From Fidelibacterota bacterium (lineage in GTDB: Bacteria > Fidelibacterota > UBA2242), in contig JBNGDF010000030.1 of assembly GCA_049975265.1 (NCBI GenBank), positions 1 through 27,105 of the forward strand: 27,105 bases of DNA, in the 5' to 3' direction. How positions within the stretch are numbered: the stretch's first letter is position 1; each line of letters opens with the position of its first letter. Positions 8,798 through 17,410 of the stretch are shown piece after piece. A program made the position numbers and the translations under genes. The notes under the pieces are model-generated. The model saw only the letters and a program-made list of their open reading frames with translations. It was not told the origin of the DNA and searched no databases.

Positions 8798-8822
8798 TAT
8801 TTTAACATGTTGTATTTTAACA
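8798..8822 (-). promoter_or_regulatory. Two tandem extended -10 motifs upstream of the REC-PAS gene
   Basis: TATTTTAACA at 8798-8807 and 8813-8822 reads TGTTAAAATA on the minus strand (TGnTAAAAT twice, 15-nt period). No good -35. Confidence 0.35.
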
Positions 8823-8945
8823 AAAATTATCGAAATAAGGTATAGTTCTTTTTACCTGAGCGGGCAATATTGGTACTATATTTTACCGGATTTGACGTCG
8901 GAGCAGCCCGGTTTAGTCAAACAACATCCGGAGCACCTACCGGTT

Positions 8946-8975
8946 AACAAACGCGGGGTGCCTTATGACACCCGC
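8946..8975 (-). terminator. Possible terminator of the ECF operon
   Basis: Minus-strand RNA GGGUGUC-AUAA-GGCACCC (the G-U wobble forms only on this strand) followed by CGCGUUUGUU, about 50 nt after the stop at 9022. Confidence 0.4.
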
Positions 8976-9021
8976 AATGGTGTACATAGAGTTGGAATTA
9001 TCGGAAAAAGAGGCAGGTATA

Positions 9022-9864
9022 TTAGGAAGAAAAATTGATTTCCACCGGGAGCGGTGGTGCGGCACAGTGCAGCTCCTCAATGGCGCAGTATTTAAAAAAA
9101 TAATCCGCAAAATGCGGCTGAAACTCTTCGCGTCTTTCTAAATGCAGCACCGGCTTCCGGATCGGATTGAGAGTCTCGAACACCGTCCGGATCTCATCGC
9201 CGGACAGACCGACCAGATGCAGATCGTCACAATCCAGTTCGTTGAACCGTTCAAACTCCGCGGCGCTGTTGATCTCCACCTCGATTTTAAGCGTGCGTCG
9301 CGAGTCTCCCAGTTCCACCGCCAGCTGTTTGAGAGTTTTCTCCGGGTCACCGCTGTAGCGGAAATGATTTTGGGTTAAATAGATAGAATCCGTCAGACCG
9401 TGCCGTTTCCAGATGCCGCCTCCCATCCGGAAAGCGATCTCATCCAGCGGCTCGAAAACCGGACTCACCGAGACCCCCTGAACGAGAGTTTTCGCATACC
9501 TGTTCAGTACCTCGACAGTCTGCTTTGTCGCCGTTGCCGCTCCGGACATGCGCCCGATAATCCAGGCGATCAAACGCCGGTTCTTTAAAATGCCGGCGCC
9601 GTTGCCATTGAATTCAAAGAGAACATCCCGGATGTGAACTTCGTCCCCGTCGCGGAGCTGCCAGTCGATAGTAAGCCGCTCGGCGCTTTCATCAAACAAC
9701 CGCTCCAAAACACCACGCCCAACGAAAATCCCTTCGTAGAGAGCGGTTACCGAGCCCACTGCATGCAGAGCATAGGGTGAAACCATCTCGGTGCTCAAGT
9801 CACCGGGTCCCAGCTCCATGCTCTGCATCCAGTTTAACAATGTTCGGATTTGAGAATTGTCCAA
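9022..9864 (-). CDS. Divergent quinolinate phosphoribosyltransferase (NadC/ModD-fold) homolog, probably catalytically inactive
   Basis: Colinear with NadC (GPGDLSTE, EGIFVG, W..RDGDEV, G....IL..RR, MSGAAT, GGG..KRHGLTD, NH, KIEVEI), but the TRKT, KxNH, LDN and SGG motifs are substituted. Confidence 0.8.
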   Translation of the reverse strand: MDNSQIRTLLNWMQSMELGPGDLSTEMVSPYALHAVGSVTALYEGIFVGRGVLERLFDESAERLTIDWQLRDGDEVHIRDVLFEFNGNGAGILKNRRLIAWIIGRMSGAATATKQTVEVLNRYAKTLVQGVSVSPVFEPLDEIAFRMGGGIWKRHGLTDSIYLTQNHFRYSGDPEKTLKQLAVELGDSRRTLKIEVEINSAAEFERFNELDCDDLHLVGLSGDEIRTVFETLNPIRKPVLHLERREEFQPHFADYFFKYCAIEELHCAAPPLPVEINFSS

Positions 9865-9876
9865 GGAGGTTCCCTT

Positions 9877-10362
9877 TTAGCGGGGATTACAGGGGCGGGG
9901 CGGACGCGGACCACCCATCATACCGGGCTCTTCGCCACAATTCCGGAAGCGAGACTCCATTCCATACGCCCGGCAGCGGGTTCGCCAGATCGCTTTTTGC
10001 TCATCGGTCAGAACGTTGGCGACCGCAACCCGATGTTTGACCTGTTTTTGGTATTGCTTGGATTCCAGCTCATTCACTTTTTGAATCGCTGCATCCAGCT
10101 TCTTGGAGGTATCGCCGGCGCGCACCAGCTCTTCCAGCTCCAGTTTTGCCAGCTGAATATCCGCCCGCAGCGGCACCATCTCTTTCTGATGAGCCAGACG
10201 CAGAGCGTCGATCTTCTGCTGCTGTTCTGCGGTCAGATTCAACTCCGCGCAGGTTTCCATCCGTCTCATTGTCCCCGGTTTATCTTTCATCATTTTTCGG
10301 GGACCGGCCAGCACAAGCGCCGGAATCGCAAATGTGATTATCATTGCAGTTAACTTTTTCAT
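9877..10362 (-). CDS. Spy/CpxP-family (LTxxQ) periplasmic protein
   Basis: Signal peptide MKKLTAMIITFAIPALVLA, LNLTAEQQQKI, helical core, VLTDEQ, and a Met/Gly/Pro-rich tail. Confidence 0.85.
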   Translation of the reverse strand: MKKLTAMIITFAIPALVLAGPRKMMKDKPGTMRRMETCAELNLTAEQQQKIDALRLAHQKEMVPLRADIQLAKLELEELVRAGDTSKKLDAAIQKVNELESKQYQKQVKHRVAVANVLTDEQKAIWRTRCRAYGMESRFRNCGEEPGMMGGPRPPRPCNPR

Positions 10363-10874
10363 TTTTCTTCCCTTTCTTTTGGTTTATAATCTCTGTGGTG
10401 GTTGGGATGATGATATATTGAGCGCATTAAGCGGTTGCGAAAGCGGTTGTCAAATACGATAAACTTCAACTGCTGTTTTTCCGTAAGGATATCTCCGATT
10501 TCCGACACAAATGTCTGTTTGCGATCAATAATTTCCCGCTCCAGATCAGCCAGTCGTTTGGCATAATCCGCCACCTCTTTTTCAGTCGCGGTGTAATCAT
10601 CTTTATTCGTCAGCTCATAAATCTCTTTCATGATATCCCGCTGTTGCTCCTGATTGGCGTGTACGAAATCCTCAAATTCCTTCAGACGGGAAAAAAACAG
10701 AGTCGATTGTTCTGTACTGAGGTTCAGGAATTCCGTCATTTTCCAGATTCGCAACGCCTCCATCTGTTCCCGCCGGTCGGCGTCCATTGGTTTTATCATA
10801 TCTTCCTGAGCCGTCGCAGCGACTCCCAGAATGAAAAATGTTCCCAGCAATAGTAAAAACCACCTGTTCATCAT
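10359..10874 (-). CDS. Exported helical protein, Spy/CpxP-like
   Basis: Signal peptide, LNLSTEQ..LF, ILTEKQ..KF; GGAGG SD before ATG-ATG (10874/10871); 4-nt overlap with the next gene. Confidence 0.75.
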   Translation of the reverse strand: MMNRWFLLLLGTFFILGVAATAQEDMIKPMDADRREQMEALRIWKMTEFLNLSTEQSTLFFSRLKEFEDFVHANQEQQRDIMKEIYELTNKDDYTATEKEVADYAKRLADLEREIIDRKQTFVSEIGDILTEKQQLKFIVFDNRFRNRLMRSIYHHPNHHRDYKPKEREEK

Positions 10875-10882
10875 TCCTCCCA

Positions 10883-11485
10883 CTATAAAATTTCCTGCTT
10901 CATTTGCCTGACTACCTGCCGAAACTCGGCATCATCCAGAGTGGCGGTCGCCACCAGACAACGGTCAAATTCCGGACAGAGCGGTTCCTCTTCAACCAGC
11001 CGGTACAGAACATTCCGATATATTTCATCCGTCGAAAGCTGGCTCTCGGCAATAGCGTCATCCGGTGCTTCCAGCAGAAACTCACCGAGGTAGCCGACGC
11101 TGCTGAAATTCACATAAACATGTTCCTGGTTGAACTGCTCAAACCACCGGTTCGAGTCCGACCTGAAAAGGGTAGTCGCCACGAAAATCAGCAAGACCGC
11201 AGTGGAGACAAAAGCCGGAATGCCCCAGAGCAGTCTTTGCTGACGCTTTTTCCGATTTTCCAACCGCCGGTTCAATGCCACCACCAGTTCTGCCCCGTAG
11301 GACACCGGCGGTTCGCTGACAGGCTGCCGCTTCATTGAAGTGATAATCGCAGCCAAAGCGCTGTGATAGTCCCGGCACGCCGGGCAATCCTGCAGATGGT
11401 CTGTCACCCGGCGCCGTTCGGCTTCGGTCAAATCGCCTGAAACATATAAAGGAATCCGGTTTTCAAATTCTTTACACGGTTTCAT
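10883..11485 (-). CDS. Zinc-binding (zf-HC2/ZAS) transmembrane anti-sigma factor
   Basis: MKPC..FENRIPLYVSGDL...DHLQDCPAC (HxxxCxxC), then a single TM (LLWGIPAFVSTAVLLIFVA); overlaps the sigma factor stop. Confidence 0.9.
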   Translation of the reverse strand: MKPCKEFENRIPLYVSGDLTEAERRRVTDHLQDCPACRDYHSALAAIITSMKRQPVSEPPVSYGAELVVALNRRLENRKKRQQRLLWGIPAFVSTAVLLIFVATTLFRSDSNRWFEQFNQEHVYVNFSSVGYLGEFLLEAPDDAIAESQLSTDEIYRNVLYRLVEEEPLCPEFDRCLVATATLDDAEFRQVVRQMKQEIL

Positions 11486-12002
11486 AGCTGACCCCCATTG
11501 CGTCAAATTTTTTACGCATATTTTTCAATGCATGGATGTAATTCACTTTGGCGGCATTTTCGGTAATATCCATGATCCGCCCGATATCTCTGAATGCCAG
11601 TCCCTGGTAGGTTCGCAGTATCACCACCATCTGCTGCTTCGACGGCAGCTGTGCCAGTACTTTCTTAAGTGCCCGGTTTTGAAAATCGCCGGAACCGGAA
11701 GAACCCGTTTCGGCGGCGAGATCGACTTTATCCAGACCGATGGTCTGACGCGCTTTCTGGCGACGCAGATAGTTCAGCCCCGTATTAACGGCGATCCTGT
11801 ATATCCAGGTGTAGAGAGAAGAATCTTGGCGAAATTTTGATAGGTTTTTATACACTTTAATGAATGTCTCCTGGGTCAGATCGTCGGCTTCATCATGAGA
11901 CGATACCATCCGGCGAAAGAGCGTATAGATCTTTTCCTGATTTTCAAGCACCAAGCGGTTAAATGTTTCCGCATCAGTCTGTCTCACTTGTTCTTTTTTC
12001 AA
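11472..12002 (-). CDS. ECF RNA polymerase sigma factor
   Basis: Region 2 (EADDLTQETFIKVYKNLSKFR..SSLYTWIYRIAVN) and region 4 (LAQLPSKQQMVVILRTYQGLAFRDIGRIM). TTG start with AAGGA SD. Confidence 0.95.
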   Translation of the reverse strand: MKKEQVRQTDAETFNRLVLENQEKIYTLFRRMVSSHDEADDLTQETFIKVYKNLSKFRQDSSLYTWIYRIAVNTGLNYLRRQKARQTIGLDKVDLAAETGSSGSGDFQNRALKKVLAQLPSKQQMVVILRTYQGLAFRDIGRIMDITENAAKVNYIHALKNMRKKFDAMGVSYETV

Positions 12003-12023
12003 CGTTTTCCTTTTTCACACTCT

Positions 12024-12051
12024 TTTGACAAACTGACTCCTTAAAGGTTAA
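12024..12051 (-). promoter_or_regulatory. Putative ECF (sigmaE-like) autoregulatory promoter
   Basis: Minus strand TTAACCTT...TGTCAAAA has AAC-N17-GTCAAA, the spacing and core of sigmaE-type promoters, 21 nt upstream of the sigma start. Confidence 0.6.
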
Positions 12052-12068
12052 ATATTTTTTTGATCTGC

Positions 12069-12097
12069 ATTATAGTATGATCACTATTGAGGGTAAA
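12069..12097 (-). promoter_or_regulatory. Putative sigma70 promoter of the ECF operon
   Basis: Minus strand TTTACC-N17-TATAAT. Confidence 0.55.
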
Positions 12098-12271
12098 TGT
12101 TTCAAAAAAATTCAACTATTTCAACAGATTTTATCGGGTCACTGAAATCGAACCGAATGCTGCGGGGCGGTTCCCGTCAGGTGGAGGATTATTACGACAG
12201 CTTTATCCAGGACAACAAGCCGGGCTGATTCTCTGCCCGTCAATTCACCCATATAAAAAACTCCTTTTCCC

Positions 12272-12300
12272 TTGAATTCCGTCATTTTGCAGAATATATT
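12272..12300 (+). promoter_or_regulatory. Putative sigma70 promoter of the DAACS transporter
   Basis: TTGAAT-N17-TATATT, then GAGGG SD and ATG 12325. Confidence 0.6.
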
Positions 12301-12324
12301 TCGGAAACTGATTTGTGAGGGATC

Positions 12325-13644
12325 ATGATCCGTAAAATCATTCGTGGCTATCTTTCCAACTCGCTGCTGGTTCGGCTGCTGGCGGGCTTCGGTGCCGGTT
12401 CCGCGATCGGTATTCTGCTGTGGTTTATCTCCGTCCGGACCGGAAAGCCGGTAGCCGAAACGGTCGCACCCTATATTACGCCCTTTGGGTCTGTGCTGAT
12501 CAGCATGCTGAAAATGATCGTCATTCCGGTCATATTTTTCTCTTTAATCTCCGGCGCCGCCGTCCTACCCATCAGACGCTTCGGAAAAATCGGTCTCAAA
12601 GTCATCACCTGGTATCTGTTGTGTTCACTGCTAGCTGCACTGCTGGGAACTCTCCTGGCGCTGCTGATCAATCCCGGCAGTCAGAGCGATCTGAGCGGCT
12701 GGCAGAAAATGCTGTCAACGCTGGGCATTCAACCGGAAGCGGTGCTCGATACCGTACCGGTTCAGACCGGTTTTGTATCCATTTTACTCAATCTGTTCCA
12801 AAACCCCTTTGAGGCGCTGGCGAACAATAATTTTCTGGCAATTATCGCCTTTTCGATTCTGTTCGGTATCGCGATGCGGATGATTCTGGAAGCCGCCGAC
12901 CGCCCGGAAGACCACATTCTCGCGCAGCTGCTCCGATTAATCGACGCCGCCCGGGATGTTATTTTTAAAATTGTGGAATGGATTTTGGAATACTCTCCGA
13001 TCGGTGTTCTGGCGCTCTCCATCACCAATTTCGGACTCTACGGTCCCAATATCGCCGGTCCCTATGTCAGTGTCACCCTCGGTGTCGTCAGCGGTATTCT
13101 GGGAATGATGCTGCTCGTCTATCCTCTCCTTCTCTACCTTGTCAGCCGTCGTAATCCCTACACCATTTTGAAAAATATGGACGAAGCCGTCATCACCGCT
13201 TTTATTACCCGAAGCAGCGCTGCGACTCTGCCGGTTTCGCTGCACACAGTCCGGGAAAAGCTGCATGTCCGCGGCGAACTTGCCGGATTCTCGCTGCCTC
13301 TGGGTGCTACGATCAACATGGACGGTGTATGTGTCCATTTACCCATGTTCGCCGTGCTGGCGGCAAATATGTTCGGCATACCTCTGGGCATCAGCGATCT
13401 TTTCGTTCTGGTAATGACGACAGTCCTGGCATCCGTCGGTGCCGGCGGCGTGCCCGGCGGAAGTATCATGCTGCTGTTTATTATTCTGCAAACCATGGGG
13501 CTGGACAGCTCCCAAATCGCTGTAATCGTTGCCCTCGCCATGGGCATCAACCCTATTCTCGATATGTTCGAAACCGCCAATAATGTCACCGGCGATATGG
13601 TCTGCACCTTTGCCGTCGCGGAAAATGAAAAACTGATCGGCTGA
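12325..13644 (+). CDS. Dicarboxylate/amino acid:cation symporter (DAACS/SDF family)
   Basis: LKMIVIPVIF, FQNPF, SPIGV, TRSSAATLP (HP1), LPLGATINMDG (TM7), SVGAGGVPGG (HP2), DMFETANNVTGD (TM8). Confidence 0.95.
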   Translation: MIRKIIRGYLSNSLLVRLLAGFGAGSAIGILLWFISVRTGKPVAETVAPYITPFGSVLISMLKMIVIPVIFFSLISGAAVLPIRRFGKIGLKVITWYLLCSLLAALLGTLLALLINPGSQSDLSGWQKMLSTLGIQPEAVLDTVPVQTGFVSILLNLFQNPFEALANNNFLAIIAFSILFGIAMRMILEAADRPEDHILAQLLRLIDAARDVIFKIVEWILEYSPIGVLALSITNFGLYGPNIAGPYVSVTLGVVSGILGMMLLVYPLLLYLVSRRNPYTILKNMDEAVITAFITRSSAATLPVSLHTVREKLHVRGELAGFSLPLGATINMDGVCVHLPMFAVLAANMFGIPLGISDLFVLVMTTVLASVGAGGVPGGSIMLLFIILQTMGLDSSQIAVIVALAMGINPILDMFETANNVTGDMVCTFAVAENEKLIG

Positions 13645-13688
13645 AATCCCGACCGACAAACCGATTCTCCTGAAATAATGTATAAGAC

Positions 13689-13919
13689 ACCCCTTTTTCC
13701 AGGGATGGTATAACTATCATCCGGGGGAACTCTTTCCCCAACTGGGGGAAAGAACTGCACATCATAGAATAACGTTCCCCGGATTGGGAAACGAGTCGCC
13801 CCATCAGGGGGAAGGTCTCCCCGAAAAGGGAAAAGGAGAGTCCCTGATTGGAGAGAGTTTCCCCTGATTCGGGGAACTGCTGTCCAATGTGGGGCAAAGA
13901 GTACCGCAAACGGTGCCGT
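13689..13919. repeat. Degenerate tandem array of about 11 x 21-bp units with internal CCC(C)-N4/5-GGG(G) palindrome
   Basis: G-runs start at 13702, 13723, 13744, 13786, 13807, 13828, 13850, 13871, 13891 and 13912 (21-nt period). Example units: TCTTTCCCCAACTGGGGGAAA, CGTTCCCCGGATTGGGAAACG, GTCTCCCCGAAAAGGGAAAAG, GTTTCCCCTGATTCGGGGAAC. Confidence 0.8.
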
Positions 13920-13936
13920 AGTCTGAATATCCGGCG

Positions 13937-16900
13937 CTAATCCGTCGAAACCGGACAGCTGAGCAGAGTCATCAACTGCTCTTCCGTCCGGCGCAGTTGT
14001 TCAGCATCCACCGTGTTCTCAATCAACAGGGCGTTACGGATGAAATAGAGACCGGTACTTGCCACCGTCAGTTTTGAACCCTGCGTCAGCATCAGGGCAT
14101 ACAGCGCCAGCTGCGCATTGTATTTCGTCAGAAGGGCTTCGTCCGGAAAATCGCCAATACGATCGGATTTGAAATCAATAACCATATACCGCCCGTTCCG
14201 CAGAGAGAGGAGCAGGTCAATTTTCCCCTCCAGCAGCGTTTCGCCGATCCAGGCATAGATGTCCACTTCCCGGGCAACCGTTCGGGCAGCCCGAATATAG
14301 CCGGACAGTGGATTCTCAGGCTTCAGGAAATTTTCGCCCCAGGCTTTGAAAATCCCCTGCCATCTTCTGTACTCGGAAGCCGGCAATCCAAAAGGGATCA
14401 GCAGCTGCCCGGTGATTCCGGTCAGCGTTTCAACATCCTGAAAATCCCACCAGCTGAACGCCTGATGGATAATCGTCCCGGTCTCCAGCGCCGTCAGGGA
14501 TCGCACCGAGTACAAAGGCTCCTCGGTGGGATATTTTTTCTGAGGCGGAATCTTCTCCTGCCGCCGGCTCAGCCAGTGGGAAAAAGCCGTAGGGGTAATC
14601 TTTGTGGCGGTTTTTTTCATGGACAGCGGTTTGATCAGTTTCTCTATCGTCTCCATCTGAGATGCCGAAATGGTTCGAACCTTCGGCTGCGACCGGTGCT
14701 GTAAATTTATGAACCTTTCCGACGCCTCTGTCAGAGTTATTTCCCGGCTATTCAGACCTGCCTCATTGAAAATCGTACGGATTTTCGACCACTGGGTACC
14801 GGAAGCGGTGCCGGCTCGCTCCGTTCCCGAGAGCAGCAGATACGATTCCGCCCGGGTCGCCGCTACATACAGGATTCGCTTCTCCTCTGCCGCTTCACGG
14901 TTCTTTTCGTTTTGAACCAGATACTGATGATAATAGCCGTGCTTATCATTGAAAGGGGTTTTCAGATTGAAAGCAATGAATTCGGCATTGTCGCTCAACA
15001 GGCGCGGATGACGTCCTCCGCGGCGAATCGTTAATTCCGGCACCACGACAATCGGAAATGCCAGCCCTTTGGCGGCGTGAATAGTCATAATTGTCACGCT
15101 GTTTTCCGTCTCCGAGCTGAGATTCGCTTCCCCTTCCCTGATTTGCATCGTCTGATAGAGCTGAATCCGCCGGATATAATCCACCGGGCTGATATCCTGT
15201 GTTCCGCTCCACTCCACCGCCAAATCCACCAACTTCAGCACGTTCGCCATGCCCTGGTGTTCTTCGGGAAAGGCTGCCAAAACCGCCAGATAATCGGTCT
15301 CCTGCAGAATCGTCTGGAGCAGCTCCGCCGTCGTCAGCAGCGGCATCTCATGCCGGAGTCGCTGAATCATCTCCCAAAAATTCTGAAAGCGCAAACGAAG
15401 CGGCTCGTCTATAGAGAGAGAGTCGGAAGGTCCGTTCACCAGTTTGCGAATTCCGTCCATTAAACCTTTTTCGGTGGTCATTTCCATTAAATCGTCGTCG
15501 CTGAAACCGACCATGGGTGAGCGCAGTGTGGCAACCAGCGCCGTTTCATCAAAACAGTTGATCACCACCCGCAAAAAATGGATCACATCCAGTACCTCAC
15601 GCCGCTGGTAGAAACCAACGCCCGACGCAACGTAATAGGGCACACCCGCCAGATTCAGAATGCGTTCGAGACTTTCCAGATGTGTCCGGGAGCGCAACAG
15701 AATCGTGAAATCTCGCCATTCAGCCTTGCGCAGCTTCCGGGTATACCTGTCTTTGACAATTTTCTGATCAGAATCTTTCTCCAGCTCCTTCATCCGCTGC
15801 ACGACGTGAACGAATTCCGCATCGGTCTCCGTCAGATTCAGCGGATTTGTCCCTGTGTTCTGATCATTCTTTACAACCAATAAATCCACCGGCAGCGATT
15901 CCGACTCCAGCACATCGTGAGACCGGACCGGTCGGTCGTACCAGGTATCATAGCCGGCGGCACAATCCGCCTGGCTCATCAGTTGCGTAAAAAAGAGATT
16001 AAAAAATCTGTTCAGCGGTCCGATACTGCGAAAATTTTTATCCAGATACAATTGTGGCATACGCCGTTTGTAATCATTGAAAATCTCCACTTCTGCGCCA
16101 CGGAATCGGTAGATCGACTGCTTCTCATCACCCACAAAAAAGGTCACGAGCTCCGTATTCAGATCACAAAGAGCCGCAAGAATCCGGTCCTGGACCGGGC
16201 TGATATCCTGAAACTCGTCCACCAGCAGATGCCGGAACCGCTGGGCGTAGGTCTGCGCGGCAGCGCTCCTGCTTTTCAGAAAGTGCTCCGTCAATATCTC
16301 CAGCCCGTTGAAATCAATCACCGCCGCATCATTGAGTACCCGGCGGAAGGAGTCGATCCAGTGCAATGCCAGCTTCACAAAATGCACTGTCAGTCCGGCA
16401 TTTTGCTCCTCAAATGCGTCATCAAAAACGAAAACCCGCTCTTTGATTTCATCCCAGATTCCCCGCAGCTGACGATGATATTGGCGCATGAGCTCCAGCT
16501 CGTCACCCCAATTGGATTTACGACCCTGCTTTTGCAGATTGAATAGTTGACCCAAAGAATGATCCGCCAACTGAGGGGGTAACTGATTCGCTTTAAGGGA
16601 GGCAATCATCGCCAGCAGGGCGGTCCTGACCTGTTCCAGTGTATCTTCCGGATCGGCGGCATGATGACATTTCATAAAATCGTAAATCGGCTCCAGCTCC
16701 GGCTTCAGGAAAAAACGTCGCAGCAGATTCAGAGTATAGCCGCGATGGTGTTCTTTGTAGCGGTCAAACAGCTCCGTTGGCGTCACCGTCGCCAACTTTT
16801 CTAAGGGGAGCAACAGGTCAACCTGTCGCTGCCAGGCGATATCCAGCATCTCCCGGATTTGAAACAGATCAAAATATTCAATCAGTTGTAGAATCGGCGA

Positions 16901-17338
16901 ATCGTTTTTACGGAGCTCCTGATGGAGATAGATTTCGAGGTTCTCCTGTCGCAGAATCTGTTCTTCAATCTCGTCAATGATCCGAAACTGGGGATCGATA
17001 CCGATTTCCTCAACATTTTCCTGAAGCACCCGGGCGCAGAAGCTGTGAATCGTTGAAATCGGGGCGGTATTCAGCCGGTCAAGCAGAGTAGCGTCGGCGG
17101 GTACTGATGAGCGCAGCGCCCGGCGAATGCGCTTCTTCATCTCATTGGCGGCTTTTTCCGTAAAGGTAATCGCCAGGATTTCATCGATTTGGGCGGCGTT
17201 ATTGAATAAAATATGGATGTAGCGATCCACGAGTACACTGGTCTTGCCGGTTCCGGCAGAGGCAGACACCAGAACGGATCGACGGATTTCCTCCCGGGCG
17301 GTCTGGTAGTCGCTGTTCCTATCAGCAGGGGCAGTCAC
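13937..17338 (-). CDS. addA: AddA-like SF1 (UvrD-type) helicase with C-terminal PD-(D/E)xK nuclease
   Basis: ASAGTGKT, ILAITFTEKAANEM, STIHSF, LLVDEFQD, VGDEKQSIYRFRGA, NFRS, MTIHAAKGL, LYVAATRAE; nuclease EGKIDLL...IDFKSD...QLALY. Confidence 0.9.
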   Translation of the reverse strand: MTAPADRNSDYQTAREEIRRSVLVSASAGTGKTSVLVDRYIHILFNNAAQIDEILAITFTEKAANEMKKRIRRALRSSVPADATLLDRLNTAPISTIHSFCARVLQENVEEIGIDPQFRIIDEIEEQILRQENLEIYLHQELRKNDSPILQLIEYFDLFQIREMLDIAWQRQVDLLLPLEKLATVTPTELFDRYKEHHRGYTLNLLRRFFLKPELEPIYDFMKCHHAADPEDTLEQVRTALLAMIASLKANQLPPQLADHSLGQLFNLQKQGRKSNWGDELELMRQYHRQLRGIWDEIKERVFVFDDAFEEQNAGLTVHFVKLALHWIDSFRRVLNDAAVIDFNGLEILTEHFLKSRSAAAQTYAQRFRHLLVDEFQDISPVQDRILAALCDLNTELVTFFVGDEKQSIYRFRGAEVEIFNDYKRRMPQLYLDKNFRSIGPLNRFFNLFFTQLMSQADCAAGYDTWYDRPVRSHDVLESESLPVDLLVVKNDQNTGTNPLNLTETDAEFVHVVQRMKELEKDSDQKIVKDRYTRKLRKAEWRDFTILLRSRTHLESLERILNLAGVPYYVASGVGFYQRREVLDVIHFLRVVINCFDETALVATLRSPMVGFSDDDLMEMTTEKGLMDGIRKLVNGPSDSLSIDEPLRLRFQNFWEMIQRLRHEMPLLTTAELLQTILQETDYLAVLAAFPEEHQGMANVLKLVDLAVEWSGTQDISPVDYIRRIQLYQTMQIREGEANLSSETENSVTIMTIHAAKGLAFPIVVVPELTIRRGGRHPRLLSDNAEFIAFNLKTPFNDKHGYYHQYLVQNEKNREAAEEKRILYVAATRAESYLLLSGTERAGTASGTQWSKIRTIFNEAGLNSREITLTEASERFINLQHRSQPKVRTISASQMETIEKLIKPLSMKKTATKITPTAFSHWLSRRQEKIPPQKKYPTEEPLYSVRSLTALETGTIIHQAFSWWDFQDVETLTGITGQLLIPFGLPASEYRRWQGIFKAWGENFLKPENPLSGYIRAARTVAREVDIYAWIGETLLEGKIDLLLSLRNGRYMVIDFKSDRIGDFPDEALLTKYNAQLALYALMLTQGSKLTVASTGLYFIRNALLIENTVDAEQLRRTEEQLMTLLSCPVSTD

Positions 17339-17355
17339 TTTTCTTCCTTAATTTC

Positions 17356-17384
17356 TTGAAAATAGCCTCGGAATTATCTAAAAT
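17356..17384 (+). promoter_or_regulatory. Putative sigma70 promoter of the kinase/DUF92 gene
   Basis: TTGAAA-N17-TAAAAT, followed by GGGGAG SD and GTG 17411. Confidence 0.6.
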
Positions 17385-17410
17385 TAGCCACGTTAACATG
17401 GGGAGCAAGC

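Noticed and set aside
8538..9038. 166-aa plus-strand ORF across the PAS/NadC-like intergenic region
   Set aside because: Overlaps the PAS gene antisense and AT-rich promoter DNA; TTG start with no SD and no motifs.
13689..13919. CRISPR array interpretation of the 21-bp repeats
   Set aside because: The period is far below repeat+spacer length, the units are degenerate, and there are no cas genes. The Fe-S PD-(D/E)xK domain nearby belongs to AddB, not a stand-alone Cas4.
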